DNA of 64,000 bases from Azolla caroliniana (lineage: Eukaryota; Plantae; Polypodiophyta): the NCBI GenBank assembly GCA_043228905.1, contig JBHGNT010000005.1, forward strand, positions 19,840,001-19,904,000, written 5' to 3'. The notes below the pieces were generated by a model, which was not told the origin of the DNA, did no database searches, and saw nothing but the letters and a program-made list of their open reading frames with translations. Each line of letters begins with the position of its first letter. Within the stretch, counting starts at the first letter, position 1. Positions 1 to 15,000 of the stretch are shown one piece after another. The translations under genes and the position numbers were made by a program.

Positions 1-49
1 AGGTCCTTCATGCAATGCTTTTTTTGATTTCAATGTCCATGCAATACAG

Positions 50-3000
50 ACGGTGGCTATGAAGTTCATCCTTAAACATGGCAAAAGCGATAAGGACATT
101 GATAATTTACGACAAGAGATTGAGGTGATTTCTTGAAGCTAATTTACCAAAATGGCTTCAGACGCTAAATCCTGAGGACAAAATTCTCATAACTGATTAT
201 CACTTTTTTGTTTACTCTAATAATATCATTGACTCTTACACATTTTTTTTCTCCACATAAAAAAATTCAGATCCTCCGAAATCTGAAGCATGAAAATATT
301 ATTGCAATGTTGGATGCGTTTGAAAGCCCTCAAGAATTTTGTGTGGTTACTGAATTTGCACAGGTGAGATCTTGATGTATGGAAGACAGAAGAAAATTAA
401 GTAAGGCTACCTTTCTTTTGATTGATAATAGCACAGAATGGTGCTAAATGCTTGCTTTATGGGCACATTAAGATTTCTCCTTCTATGAAATGATGCATCA
501 AGAAATTGACTTTTTGTACGATTTCCATTATTTGCATGCTGATTTACAGAGAAGAAATTAGGATGTTATAAAATGAAACAACCTACATAAAAGAAATTAG
601 GATGTTATAAAATGAAACAATCTACATAAAAGAAATTAGGATGTTATAAAATGAAACAATCTACATAAAAGAAATTAGGATGTCATGTTCTAAAATCTAT
701 CGAAATCTTGTTAAAGAGAATTATGGTTGCAATATAGAGCCAATAAAGAATGGGTAACATAAATTTGGACTATGGTGGCACATGAATCTGTTCATGTGTT
801 CATTGGTTCTTCAAACTTGACTTAGAAAAGTCTAGAGTCATGTCATTTACTCGTCTATTTTGAAACATTTATCTACTGCATGTCTGAGGCCTCTTATTCA
901 TATTCTTGGTGCTAGATCTGAAGCAAATATGGTTATTATTACAGGGAAGCGTTTCCATTTCCTTCACATACTCCTGGTCATCATGACGACATTGTGCTAT
1001 ATGGGCCTCAGACTCTTGAGAATACTTTTTGACCTTGGATTGATGACCTCTGCACCTACTCTACACCTGTGATTTCCCTATTAGAATTGTAATGAATCAG
1101 AAACATACAATAAGATTCTTCTGTAGGGTGGTAAGATTAGCCTGAAAAATTCTATCTGAATCTCTGATCCTTACTGACTGCCACTGCATATGGTCATTGT
1201 CACCTCATCACCTTCATGATCTCAGTCTAAATGTCTTGCTCGTCGCTGCAGGAGAGAATTACCTCCACTAAAGAAGGATCCATAACTTCCATGATAATAT
1301 CTAGAAATTTAATGATTTGGATTGAACTTAAGGTACTTCCTATAATGTACTTGTAATAGAAAGACTACCTAGAATCAGATCTTTTGATGGGGGACATTAC
1401 AATTTTCATGCCCCTCTCTAACATGTTGCAAACTCCAGCATCAAATTTGATTGCATAACATGCTATGATGAGACTCAAAAGGTTTTGTTTTTAACTAAAG
1501 TGGGCACTTATCAGAACCGTTTATGTAAAAAGAAAACAATATGATATGCATTGTCATTATAACGTTCAGTTGGTCTGGACATCATCGTCAGACTTTGGGT
1601 TTATCCCGCAAAGTTCAAACAATGATGCATCTTAATAAAGCTACTGCCTCTCTTGGTTTGTTTTATGGAATGCAGGGTGAGTTGTTTGAGATTTTGGAAG
1701 ATGATAAACAACTGCCAGAAGCCCAAGTTCAGGCAATAGCCAAGCAGCTTGTAAGCTATAATCTTGAAACTTTGAACTTTATCTGGTTTACACTCATATA
1801 GAACGCACTGTTATTCAAACATTTTATAGCATGAGAATTCACTGTGAGTTTGATGTTAGCATTTATTATCAGACCTTTGAACATTTAGCTATCTATGCAT
1901 TTTGAATATTTTCATGGCATGTGTGTGCTTGTATAAATACTTCGTATTATCTATTTGGAACTAACTAGCTGCTTCTCAGATAAATGTATAGAATCTGAAC
2001 ATAGTCTTATTAATTAGTTGATCTCATCATTGAAAATATTGAGTTTATTTTTGATATTATCTATTCCCTTTTCCACAGGTTAGGGCCTTGCATTACCTTC
2101 ATTCCCATCGGATCATCCATCGTGATATGAAGCCACAAAATATACTTATTGGAGCTGGTGGCATTGTGAAGGTATGGTGAAGAGATACTACTGTTCAATT
2201 TTAGTACAAACTTTTATCCTCAGCTTAACCTCCTGTATTGTATCATGATAGCTATGTGACTTTGGGTTCGCTAGGGCAATGTCATGCAATACCATGGTTC
2301 TCCGCTCCATTAAAGGCATGCAGATGTGCTTTTCTGACCTATGTTATTGATGCCAAATGTGCCTTTACATCAAGATCGTTTTCTGATAATAACATACTTT
2401 TATGATAGGAACTCCCCTTTACATGGCTCCTGAACTGGTGAGGGAGCAGCCTTACAATCATACAGCAGATCTCTGGTCACTTGGGGTCATATTGTTAGTA
2501 ATATTTGATATTTGACGTTCCTGTTTTCCTTGCTATGTTCATTGATAAGGCCAACAAAATGTTGGCCTTTGGAAATTCTGTTTATTAGAAGAGCATGACT
2601 GGTTCCATTCTTTATTGCAGGTATGAACTCTATGTTGGTCAGCCACCTTTCTACACCAACTCTGTATACACATTGATCAGGCACATTGTTAAGGTGTCTA
2701 GCCTTCCTAACCACGAGTTCTGATTTTCATAGCAAGTTTCCATCCTAGATATTTAATTCGAATGGTTTATGAATGGCAATTTATAATTAGAAGTAAATGC
2801 TAATGTTGCTTCAGGACAACTTCATAGACATCAAGCAAAATCTAACATCTTACATCAAAGCAAATCTGCTTCTTTAGATATCAGATATTGTATCATAAAT
2901 CGATATAACTTTTCACTTCTCATTTCATAAAGACCAAGGGGCCATCAGACATGCAATTGAAGATTTATCTTGATGGCCATATATGCATACATCGAAAAGG

Positions 3001-6000
3001 ATTTTCGTTATGAAGGATCTCCCTATGTTCTTTAGGCATACATATAAATGTAGTCACACACAAAAGTAACACAAACGATCATATTATCGGATATCTTTGT
3101 ACCTGGGATGGCTAAAATTTTGAAAGTATTCATGACTGAATTTAAATAGGCAAACTACGTGGGGCACGGAAATCGTTGAACAATTGGAATGTCTGTATAA
3201 CACAATGTGTGCTGAAATTCTGAATGAACGTTTATTTAGTGAAAACAGTACACCACATTCTGTAGACTATAGTGTATGTATATATGAACTTACATATTCA
3301 GTTACATACATGCTCTATTCTCTTTAAAGATGTGAAACACGTGCACATACAAGAAACACATTACACTGTGTCTGTTGATCTGTTGAAAATGTCTGCTAGC
3401 TTGAAAGGCTTCTTTTTTCAGGGATACAAATTTCCATGAGCCTGTATCTGGGACTGAGGTTGAATTCTTTATTGTTGACTGTCTTGTGCGGTAGATAATT
3501 TTTGAAGTTTATAGCAAGCAACTCTACACATTAAATGCATGGTGATAATTGGTATTTGGTTGACCAGGATCCTGTAAAGTATCCCGACAATATGAGCTCA
3601 AGCTTCAAGAGTTTCCTCAAAGGTCTTCTTAATAAGGTGCACTTTATTTTGAGTCTATATGTTTCTGCATAATAGTAATTGTGTGGTTCATTCACTCTTT
3701 ATGTCCTTTACTCTAGGTGTCCCAGAACAGATTAACGTGGCCACTTCTCCTGGAGCATCCATTTGTGAAAGAAAACATGGAGGAAATTGAGGCTAGGGTA
3801 AACATCATTTTTAGGCCAAACATATGTGTGCAAAAATAGTAGTTTGAACATGCCCTTGCTGTAATTACATGTAAAACTACTGTATATAAGGTGGTATTTC
3901 AAAACTGTGTGCAACTGCATGTGCAGCAATCCATTTGTATGTATGCAAGTGAGCTTGAAACACGTGTTGTAGAACACAATCTGATTGATTTATTCTAATT
4001 CGTAAATTGAGTGAACTTTCAGCAGTGATATCTGTTTCATTCTAACTGGCTTTCTTAGGAAGCAAGAGCCACAACAGCAGCGGCTAGAGGATGTGATGCA
4101 GCATGGAGGGGAGAGGTCAATATTATTCTATCATCTCCTGTATCCACTCCAACCACTGTCAATTCAGATTCTCAGCCCTCTCCATTACCAACAGGTATAG
4201 TTACAACTGAATTCGACCAAGTAATGTGGATTTGTCTGATATTGAGCCACCAGTTTTATCTGGCAACAATGAGTTCTTTTTACTATCGTTATGTATATTA
4301 GAGTCCAGGAGTAATAACCTTGATCTGATTTGTAAACCTGAAAATATTAAATCCTTTGTATTTGCTTCTGAATCTAGAACTTTTAAGCTTGCCATGATCC
4401 GTCATACTTTGAAAGGCCTTTCTAAATACAAGATCGGCTTAGGAATTCCCTATTATGATTCTTAGGAATGATGGAATGTACTATTCATGGCTCATTCTAA
4501 ACCTATTCCATCTTTCTGAAGTCTTATTTAGCTTGCAGGATACAGCTGGCTATGTACACATTGGTAATTCACGTAATAATATATAGTCTTGCCAAAAAAA
4601 TGTGGACATGTGCTGATTACTATGCTGTAATTTGGTGTGAGGCCATGGCTATTGGAAATCCTATATATTTTCTCGTCCTTGGAAAAACATGGCTATATTA
4701 TAATGTCATAAAACATATGCTTGTTTCCAAGGTGCCGTGATATTATAATAATGCCAAAAAATGTTTGCACATGTGCTTGTTACCATGCCTTGGTTTGTTG
4801 TGAAGCCATGACTATCATGAATCTTATATATTTCTCTTTTGTTCTTGGAGGAACGTGGCTGTATTATAGTGTCAACACACATGCTTGCTGTCATTGTACT
4901 ATATTGTGAACCCATGCCTTTTGGAAATCTTCTGTTTCGTCCTTCGAGAAAGATGGCTGTATTATGGTAGCAAAAACGTGCTTGTTACCATGATGCCTTG
5001 TTGTGAAGCAATGATTATTAGAAGTCTATGCCTGATTTGTGCTGCTGAGTAGTTTCCCTTTGCATTCTTGTCCTAAATTTAATTGAGATTTCTATTTTTT
5101 GGAAAGTAAACATGCAAATGGTTATTCCAATGTACTTCTATTGATACAGAGGCTGCAGTTCTGGAGAAAATTGAGTCCACCTCTCGCACATCGAAAGGAG
5201 CTCAAGCCATAGGACAAGATCGTGGATCATTAGCACACATTTTACACCCTTTCCGGAATTTCAATGTCAAAGGCACTGCTGCACTTTCAAAGTATGACAA
5301 TCTTCTAATTCATGTATTGCATGCTGCTATAGATCTGCGGCAGTTATCAGCATCACAATAATCACCCATGTATTACGTCTTCCAGTGAGCAGGCTGATGT
5401 AGCTGTGAATCAATCTCTCCGTATTTTATCCAATCTTTTGGCAGCCAATGCAATTGTTCCGAAAACAGCGGTGGATGATGCAATACCATCTTTGTTAGGA
5501 CTGATTCGAGCAACTTTAGGGGCAACTGCACCACAGCATGTCAGCCTACTTATCAAGGTATCTATTCTACTCTAGTAAAAGCACACATGATATTTCCATC
5601 CTATAGAATTTTATCTCCAGTACATCTATGCTATTTGAGAAATGCTGTGTATCCAGGGTTTTGGAATATTAAGGAAATTGATGGAAATTGGCTCAGCCAA
5701 AATAGAGAGTGGCTATTATCATCATAGTGTTGGATTATTAAGACTGTATCCACAGGTATGCCATTATTTTCTTCATTTATTCAAACTCTGTCTCTCATGC
5801 ATGATTCTTCACCAAGTCAGGGTGGCCAAGTCTTCTAAGTCACAAAAGTCAAGTTCTGATTCTCGAAAACGAGTGTTGATTCAAATCTCACTTTTGATAA
5901 CTTAGTTTCTTGACTTAAAAACTGTCTTATCTTCATGGCCGCTTTACCATTTAAAGTCCTCATCTACATGGCTGGGGAGAATGCACTGTAGCGATTTGCT

Positions 6001-9000
6001 AGTTCCATGAGTCATATTTTCTCCTCGCCCTGTGAACGACAATAAACCATCATCACAATCTACTATGTGTCGTCCTTTACGACATAGAATGCTCGGTTAC
6101 AATGCATTGCCAGTATATGTCATTAACTGTTTTTACATCTCATTTCTGTGCATCTTGGGAATCTGTATGTGCCTAAGTACTGCTTTAAGCAGGAATGTAT
6201 TTGCATCTGCTTCAAAGATGACATGCACAGCTTGTAAGCTACGCAAAGGTCTGTTAAGTTCTGTCTATAGCGTAATATAAATTAACTATGGGCTATTGAT
6301 AATGAAGCATAATAGGAATTGGCTAGGAACCATTGTGATGAAAAGCATATCATGAAATGCAAAAATTCAGTGGACAAATCTTTTGAAAGGAGAAAAGATA
6401 CATCATCTCATTAGTAAAATACAGCTCATGCAGAGTTCTTTCTAGATCACTTTAGTCTTGTTTTAACACTTGGCATTGTACATCAAAGGTTGAAATTTAT
6501 CGTGGATTTCTATTTAAGCGTTCTCAATCTGATTTTAAGCCATGTATGGGTGGAATTCAAGGAATTGTTGGTGTGGCAATTAAGTTTCTTTGTACCTCTT
6601 TTCTGGTAATACAACCTTGTTTGCCAAAGGAAAACGAGTTGCATAAAATTGCTTTCCAGATTAGAGTGGTAGAGGTATAAATAGATGAAGTTGGAAATTC
6701 CATTATGGTGCAATATGCTTTGTAAAGAAGTTTTTGACCTTTTTGAAGGGTTGAAGATTTCATTCATGGAATTTTTGTTTTCTATTCTGTAATGTGGCAG
6801 TAACGTATTTGGTGTTTAATTCTTTTCTCAGGCGGTTTCATATGCCCATGATTCATCTGGTCGGGTGCTATATGAATCAACTGCATGTATAGCTATGTTG
6901 CTGACACGGGTTGCAATAGGTCTAGATAGGATTATTTCTTCTGATAGCACAGTCAACAATGTTGATGGAAACAACACACAGGAAGGAACTGTTATGTCTC
7001 AAATTTTGGGACAGGCAAAAAGTCTGGGTACAGTTGAACAGTTATGCTTGTGCCTTACAAGTACAGGTTCAAATCTTGCTTCAGGTTCCTGTTCTTCAGC
7101 ACCTGTTGCTGCTGAAGCTTGCAAAGCTATTTGGGGTCTTCTTAAGGGACTCAATATTTTGACTACAAAAGGCCATAGACAAAGTTTCCCCTTATCATTA
7201 TTGCGAGATAATGCACAACCTTTAGCAGATGAAAGGCAAAGTGGAGCTGAATCTAGATCAGACAATGCAACGAAGTATGTCATTGAGCAAGTCATAGCAT
7301 CATTGCTCAAGTCACGAGACATCATTGCTGCAATCTGTTATACACTTATGCATGGCTCAGAATCTGGAATATCTTCAGTTACACAGGTTTGGAGCTCCCA
7401 TTGTGCTAGGTGTTAACGCCTTTTTCTTTGATATAATATGACTGTCAATAATCACTCTTGTGATTTACAGATTCTGTTAAGATGCTGTATGACATCACCA
7501 GTAGTGTGCGATGTACTCTCAGGTATTTCAATTCCTGAACGAAATTCCAGTCCTGTCAATGGAGGTGTTGATGGCACTGCAGTTGCTGCAATATTCAGAT
7601 TAGTGCTGCTGTGTGCCAATGCATCTGCTGCCACAAAAGATACAAGCTCACAAACAGCAAGTGAAGCAGAAACCGCAGCAAAAGCTTCTTCGTTTGAGAG
7701 CCTGGCAACACAATCTTGCCTTGTCCTGTCCACAATTTCTCAGGGTTTAAGAATACTTGGTCGACACGGAGCCTCTTGTGTTTTGACAACATCTCAGAGT
7801 AAACAACATGACCGTCTTTTGGCAATGACTCAGTTGACTGTACCTTCATCTGAAGTGACTGCGTTCCAACTTTCAGCAGCAGCAACACTTGCTCTTACTT
7901 CCATTCTTCTACTTGAATATGCCCCCACTAATGCTTCTGCAATGACTTTGATAGTAGAAAAGCCTCTCAGTCTTCTTCCTGAAATGTCTGTAATTCGGCG
8001 TCAGCTATGGCCATCTGCATCTGATCTTATTGAGACAAAAGGTAGCTTACTGTTGAAGGATGGTGTATTTTCTAGCTACCATGGGGTTCGAGATGGCTAT
8101 GTAGGCGCATTGAAATTGTGGCTAAGATGGGGTGGAATTGCTGCTGCAGAGCAAGCATGTTCTTTAGGATTCCCTCGAATCCTTGTTCTTTTACTTGCTG
8201 GCAGACCTGATTCTCATGGAAACTGTGGATCACAAAATTCCATCATAGGATTATCTCCTGGAGGTGTGATACTGGCTTTATCAAGTATTTTCTCGTGTTT
8301 GCCAGGTGGAGCATTCAAAGATGTTTCCTTCAACAAAGATTCATTAAGTGTGCTGATAAGCTTGGTTGATGAGCCTTATCTGAGACTGTTGAATATATGG
8401 GAAGGGTTTGGTGGTGGGTCTTTTGGGGCAAGAGAAATAATCAATGAGGTGGTTAGCATTTTAGAGTTTCCTTATATAGCAGCACAGGGATCAGTATCGT
8501 CATCTGTGATTGGTAGTCTGGCTCATGGGCTCAACCCTGTTATAGCAAGGAAAGGGTCTGAGAATGGGGAACTTGGAAAAGCATTGGCAATGGAGATACC
8601 ACAGTATTCACAACTACTGCAAGAGGTGATATCTTGTGCTTTGAAGAGTGCATGGGAAAATAGTGTTTATCAAAAAAGCTGGTCTGTCTGGTATGTTTGA
8701 TTGGATTTCAAGCTTTTTAATTCCTGTTGTGATATCTTTACAGGTACACATTGTTGCTCCAATCATGAGATGGTTGAAAATTTTGGATGCGAGGGACTTA
8801 GCTAGGCCTGTCTCACTAATTGTGAGACTAATCCAGAATTCAAGAAGCTTTGCTGATGGATTAGTGAAGGAAGGGCTTCTTTCTTCCACTATTTTACACA
8901 AATTATTGGACAAGTCCAGTCAGAAAGAAGTTATTCTGGATGTTCTGGTCATTATCTCAGACCTAGCTAGACTATCAAAAGTGCGTACAGTCTCTCACTT

Positions 9001-11058
9001 AGGCATCTTATTTCTGTGTTTTATTAAAGCATATGTATTGTGTTAGAGAATGAGGGATTGCTTCAATTGCAGGACTTCTATGGGCCCATTTCTGAGGCAA
9101 ACATATTAGCATTCATGGCAGTCTTTGTTAATCATCCAGATGCAAATGTTCGGTCAAAGGCATGTAATGCACTGGGGAATATGTGTAGACATACTCCTCA
9201 TTTCTACAAAGAGATGGTAGGTGTTTCTAATCATAACACCTGCATATTTCTTTTTACATTGGCTGTAGAATTTCTCTTAGCAAATATAATAGTGCTAGTC
9301 AATATTCATTGGTATCATACATGGTTGTTTACTGCAGGTCAGACATGACATTGTCAACATGCTTATTGATAGATGTGCAGATCCAGATAGGCGAACAAGA
9401 AAATTTGCATGCTTTGCGGTAAAGTACATTTAAGTTTGATTACAATGAATAATTTAACTTGACAATACTATTAAATTTGTTCAAACTATAAACAATTGGC
9501 ATATTGATTGGGATACTCACTGCACATTTTTATTTCTGATCTTGTGAACAAACAAAGAGGAACAAATGGAAGAATCCCTTGAATGTGTTAAAATACGTTG
9601 ACAAACAAAATAACACTGAAAGTGCCTTATAATTAGAGTATCCATTGACCACAGCAATACTATTAAATTTGTTCAAACTATAAACAATTAGCATATTGAT
9701 TAGGATACTCACTGCACATTTTTATTTCTGATCTTGTGAACAAACAAAGAGGAACAAATGGAAGAATCCCTCCCTTGAATGTGTTAAAATACGTTGACAA
9801 ACAAAATAACACTGAAAGTGCCTTATAATTAGAGTATCCATTGTCCACAGCAATAAATTAATGTATTGGTATGATATTCATGGTGTGCTCCTCGAATTAT
9901 CATTTGCCCTTCTCAATGAGGTTTATTTTCCTCTGTTTGTTCTCTATTCTCACTTCTGTTAAATGATCTAGGCCCAGTTGCTCTCGAGATGACTTTAGTA
10001 GTCTTTCATGATCTTAGGTTTACTACTCTCACTTCTGTTTAAATGATCAAGGCCCAGTTTCTCGCTAAATAACTGTGGAGGTTTTTAATGTTTGGTTTGA
10101 GGTATTGAGGTATTTCATATGCAAACTCTTTGACTAAGCTAATGTAACATTAGTACAAAAGAAAGGCTTTGACAAAAAAGTGTTCCTAGAGTCAAAATCC
10201 ACTACAATTTAGTGGATGTGGTTCCATAATTAATTTGATCCACTTGTTGTTACCAAAGGTCGGTAATGCTGCTTACCACAGTGATTATCTATATGATCAA
10301 CTTAAGCGATGCATTCCTCACCTTACAACTCTGCTACTCGGTGACGAGGAGGAGAAAACCAAGGCCAATGCAGCTGGTGCTCTAAGTAATCTGGTGAGGA
10401 ATTCAAGCAAACTGTGTGAAGAAATAATTTCGAAAGGTGCCATTCAGGTAAATCATTTTGCCCATTTGATGTGTGTGCACCTTGCCATTGTTTTATATGC
10501 AGAGAGTAGAATAGACATATTAAGACATTTGCAGAGTTGATTTTACCTTCTAACATATTTAATAATCTAGTAAAAGACAAGGATTCATAATTTCAAGGAA
10601 CCTTACGAATTGACATGTTTGAATGATTTCGTAAGCACTAGGAATTATACAACATTGTCATAATATTAATTGCTTTACCTAATATTGATTGTTGTAACAT
10701 TGCAAATAGTGCCCCCAAAAGCCCAAGAATTTTGATACTCTTAGAAATTAAGCCAGTTCTAAAATATTCTAGTTGTGTGTTTGAGGGGAAACAGGCACTA
10801 CTTCAAGTAATAACAGACTATTCGAATGCTTCACTAAGCAACACAATCCGTAGTGATGCAAACAGTGATTCTCCTCTCAAGATTGCCTTGTTCTCTTTAG
10901 GGAACATGTGTATACACAGTCCGTGTCGGCAGTACCTACGAACGCCTGAGCTTTTTCAAACATTGATGAAGCTTCAACGAGAATCACCAGACCCCACAAT
11001 CATCAAATACATCAGTAGGATCATAAGTAAATTTCCAGAGGCATCCATCCAAAGGTAA
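50..11058 (+). CDS. TIO: FUSED/TWO-IN-ONE (TIO) Ser/Thr kinase with C-terminal ARM/HEAT repeats; multi-exon, 5' end outside window
   Basis: Spliced exons read by eye: 50-124, 271-363, 1676-1750, 2079-2171, 2252-2315, 2409-2493, 2621-2693, 3568-3636, 3717-3797, 4059-4194, 5150-5291, 5386-5557, 5657-5755, 6832-7386, 7471-8625, 8744-8980, 9073-9216, 9338-9418, 10259-10447, 10795-11058(TAA). They give [73 protein letters not shown], then ARM-like [29 protein letters not shown] and [17 protein letters not shown], closely matching plant TIO as I recall it. Confidence 0.95.
552..683. repeat. 39-bp tandem repeat, ~3.4 copies, in TIO intron
   Basis: aagaaattaggatgttataaaatgaaacaa(c/t)ctacataa at 552, 591, 630 and partially 669. 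Confidence 0.9.
4600..5030. repeat. Degenerate ~100-165-bp tandem repeat in TIO intron
   Basis: Recurring gtgaa(g/c)ccatg...gaaatc...tggct(a/g)tattat...tgcttg blocks near 4636, 4800, 4906 and 5004. Confidence 0.6.
9463..9855. repeat. ~192-bp near-perfect tandem duplication in TIO intron
   Basis: caatactattaaatttgttcaaactataaacaatt...ttagagtatccattg occurs at 9463 and again at 9655. Confidence 0.9.
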
Positions 11059-12090
11059 ATCATGATAAATGTTCAAACGACACACAAAAGTGGTTGTCAA
11101 CAAATCTGAAAGAGATGAAAAAAGGAGCAGAGACAAGGAGTATGAAAATGATACAAAACAATCAATTCTGTTGGGAAGATCACTTTTTAAACAAGGGGTG
11201 CCTCTGGCCATGTGACATGTGGGTAGTAAGCTCCAACCGGATGCTGGATGTGTAATGTCTCTTAATGTAATTGTATAATATATTGCCATCTGGTGGATGT
11301 TCGTTCGACCAATGGTTGCAAAATTTTACAATCCTAGTCACAAATGTATTATCTTCTTGTGGCAATGAACAAGAAGAGAGGTGTGGCTAGAGAAAAACAA
11401 GATTACTGTTCTTTAATGTAAATTCCATCTCTCCTGACTTATATTACTTGGTGACTTTATGTTGGATGCAGTATTGCAATCATACCAAAATATAAAATGG
11501 AGTCTTAAATAGAATTGTCATAATGATTTTTGTAGTTCCATGTTCAGAAGACTGTCATATATTTACTTTAATTTTTTATCGCCAGGCTTGCAAACTGGTA
11601 TGTCTGTTGTCCCCTATCTGTTGGCGATCCTTAACTTTATGCATTAAATTGCTTGTTAATTCTATAAGATGAGGAAAATGTAGTGTTTTGCATTAAATGA
11701 TAATCTGTTACTTGATGGCACATTTGCTTAACTTGGTGGCGTTTGTGATGTTAATTTCTGATTTTTGTTCACATTGCAGCTACCTGCACATTCCCTATTG
11801 CACACAATAACATAATTGATATATACACTCCTTGATGCTTCAAAACCCATAGTGACATGTTTCTCTAAAATGTATTGCACTATGCTATGGTTATTATCAA
11901 AGTTGGCAGATATAGTAGCTTAAATAATAAAAATGCTCCCACTTCAATAATGATCAAGCTGGCAAAGTTATTGTATATGAAATATTGAAAGTGCTCCCAT
12001 AATTTAACAATAACAAAATCATATTAACATAACTGATTTGATACATTGTGTACAGTGGTAGATGAAGGAAAGCCCAGTGGGGCAATCCTG

Positions 12091-15000
12091 TCAATCAAAG
12101 ACAATTGTCCGATTACCACGATAACGGATTATCCTCAAGTCACAATAATATTTGATGGCCTTAGTCAGGCAAACTTTCTCCAAGTACTCTGATTTCATTG
12201 CTAAAGTAGCAAGGGTGTCTCTGTGAGATACTCTTTCCACCTATAAATCCATGGAGATGCGCTATACAGCTTTAGTATGTGCTTCAAATTAAGACACTGG
12301 TGTTACTGAGTGAGCAAAGACGTTTAAAAATAAGTCATACCATTTGCTCAATGATAGGCCCACAATCCAGTTCTTCTGTCACGAAGTGACTTGTTGCACC
12401 TATCAGCTTTACTCCAGCTTCATAAGCCTTTAACAAGGTAAGGGCCCACATTCACTTGAGAGAAATAAAAGTATAACAGAACCTCAAGCGTATCCCTTCA
12501 GATAACCATACTTGCTTATACGGGTTTGCACCCTTAAATGATGGCAACAGCCCATGGTGAATATTGATGATATCTTTCCCGTAGCCTTTCAAAAATTCGG
12601 GCGATAATATCTGTCCACTCGTTTTTTACAAACCCATTCATTTATAGCTTGATATATAAATGCTATATCAAAATCCAAAATTTGACAGTTCGAAAGTATC
12701 GGTAAGTATGAACAATTTACACTTGCATATGAAGAACTTACTTGCATATAATGAGCCAAGACCAAGAAATCTGTCCCATTGACAAGTCTCAATATCTCCT
12801 TCTCACATCTACCTTCTTTCGTTGCAGGCACATGATAATAAGGTATATTGTTGCGTGAGAGAAATCGGATAACATGTGTGTTCTCATCTCTCATGTGGTT
12901 ACTGCCAGCACACTTGTATCTGTTATGGTTTGCACCCAATACCAGATCGTATAAGTGGTTTAAGAGGGAATAACTCTACCTCACAACGCACATCAATTGT
13001 ACCGGGATCTTCCCATCTTGCCACAGATGCAATAAATCGACAAGACAATGGTCCTACATTTCAAGACACAAGGAAATGCAGTAAGAACACACATGAAGAA
13101 CACTAGGTAACGTTAGGAATAAATAATTTACCTTTCGGGACACAAGCACAGCTACTTTCAATGGTGGATCTCTTTTGAGAACCCGAACAATTGAGGTGCT
13201 TGCATTGAAGGTAGTTTTCAGTGTCAAGAAATCCTCATCCATGATGTTCCGGGGCCATAGCAACGGATCAAAGGCAAACTCACTGGCATTGATGGCAGAA
13301 GGGTCTTAAAATCAGATTTTATTAACAAGCTTGCATAATCAGTCTTTCATAAGCACTCTCTATATGCACATAATGCACAAATTTTATAGAATTTCCTAAT
13401 CTCAGGTTCCCAAATTCAAATTATTGGCAAACTTGACAATCAATCTTTTATATGCATGATTCCTGTATCATGCACAGAATTTCAAGTTTCTAATAAGCTC
13501 AAGGCTTCAAGTTCAAAATGTCCACCAGATCAACAAGTCATTCCATAAAATTGGCAGGGATTAGGCCCTCATGTTTATATTATGGCATATTTTTACCATG
13601 TTTTCTTTATTGACAAAGTGCATTCTAATGTGCAGAAGCTAGAAAACATCACCAACCTAAGGCATTCTGATGTCTCAAATTAGCATAATATTTATGGAAT
13701 ATATATAGCCACATTCTGCAATGATTCCAGAAAATCTTACAAAAACCTTATACCATTGCAACTTTCAGCAATTCTTAGGCATCTGAGGTTTAAACTGCAG
13801 ATTCTAGAAAAATCAGAAACGTCAGGTCAAATTTGGGTAACATAAGATTCAGATTCCAGAATAAAATCTCTTTAATTCAAGTCTTCAAATCAAAATTAGG
13901 GTGACCTTGAAAACCAATATTTATGGAGCATGTCACAAAACATCACCTGATTGAATCCTATGCTAATGCAAATAGACAAAGGAATCACGTAATACGCATA
14001 TTGCATAAATCTCACAAACTTGGGGCAAATTACTCCAGATGCAGTAAATGTGTAGATTGCAATTTGTGTTCCACAAGATTGACGACAAATTATTGTGCCG
14101 ATTGAAGAGCTTCATGGACTTGAGGCCTCTAATTTAAAGCAGTGCAAGTTCAGTAAGCTAATGCAAAAAATTGCAGGAAAGTTTTGTAAACCCTATGGAT
14201 TCAATGTCCAACAAACAAAAAATTTTAACAACAAATATGCGCAAAACATCAACAAAAAACATTATTCAATGAGTTCACATATGCCATGTGATAGGTCGTA
14301 CTTTGATAACAAATCCTTATGTGATCCAACCTCAACAAATTGTTATGTGGTACAACCTTGTCAAATCGTTGTGCAGTACAACATTGACAAATCTTTGTTC
14401 AGTCATAAATCAACTTATGAATCGTATGTCAATGAATGAATGGAAGTATAAAAGAAGAAATTTTCAGTTCTGGTAACATAAGACAGATTCCTTTAATTGT
14501 CCTAGTCTGTGGTTGCGGTTACAAATTATAGCAAGATAAGATGTAGATTCCTCGAGAAATTTCATAAACTTGACCCTTGTGAAAATATTAAGTCAGCGTC
14601 AAATTAAGACAGATTCCTTCGAGTTTCCTAATCCTCAATTCCAAATTATGGCAAGATAAGACGTAGATTCCTCCAGAAATTTCACAAACCTGTGGAATAT
14701 TAGGTCAACATAAGATGCAGATTCTAGAATGTCATCGCAAACTTGTGGCCTCAAAGTTCAAAATTAGAAGCAATTTGACCACAAATCATGATGGAGTACA
14801 ACAATTCACAAAGAAACAAGTGCAATTCTTTCTTTACTATACTGTTTTAATCAGAATTTAATCTTTCTAGCAGATAGCAGAAAACGTTGCTACAAAGCTG
14901 AATTCTTCCGCTGCTTATGACATATAGAAACGTTGCTTGATTGATCCCACATTGCTTATGACATATAGAGAAATAGATAGGTAGAATGAATAAATATAAG

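Noticed and set aside
3-49. 47-bp GT-AG intron at window start
   Set aside because: Unusually short; the true donor is probably upstream of the window.
6999-7888. Antisense ORFs over TIO exons
   Set aside because: Shadow frames of long coding exons.
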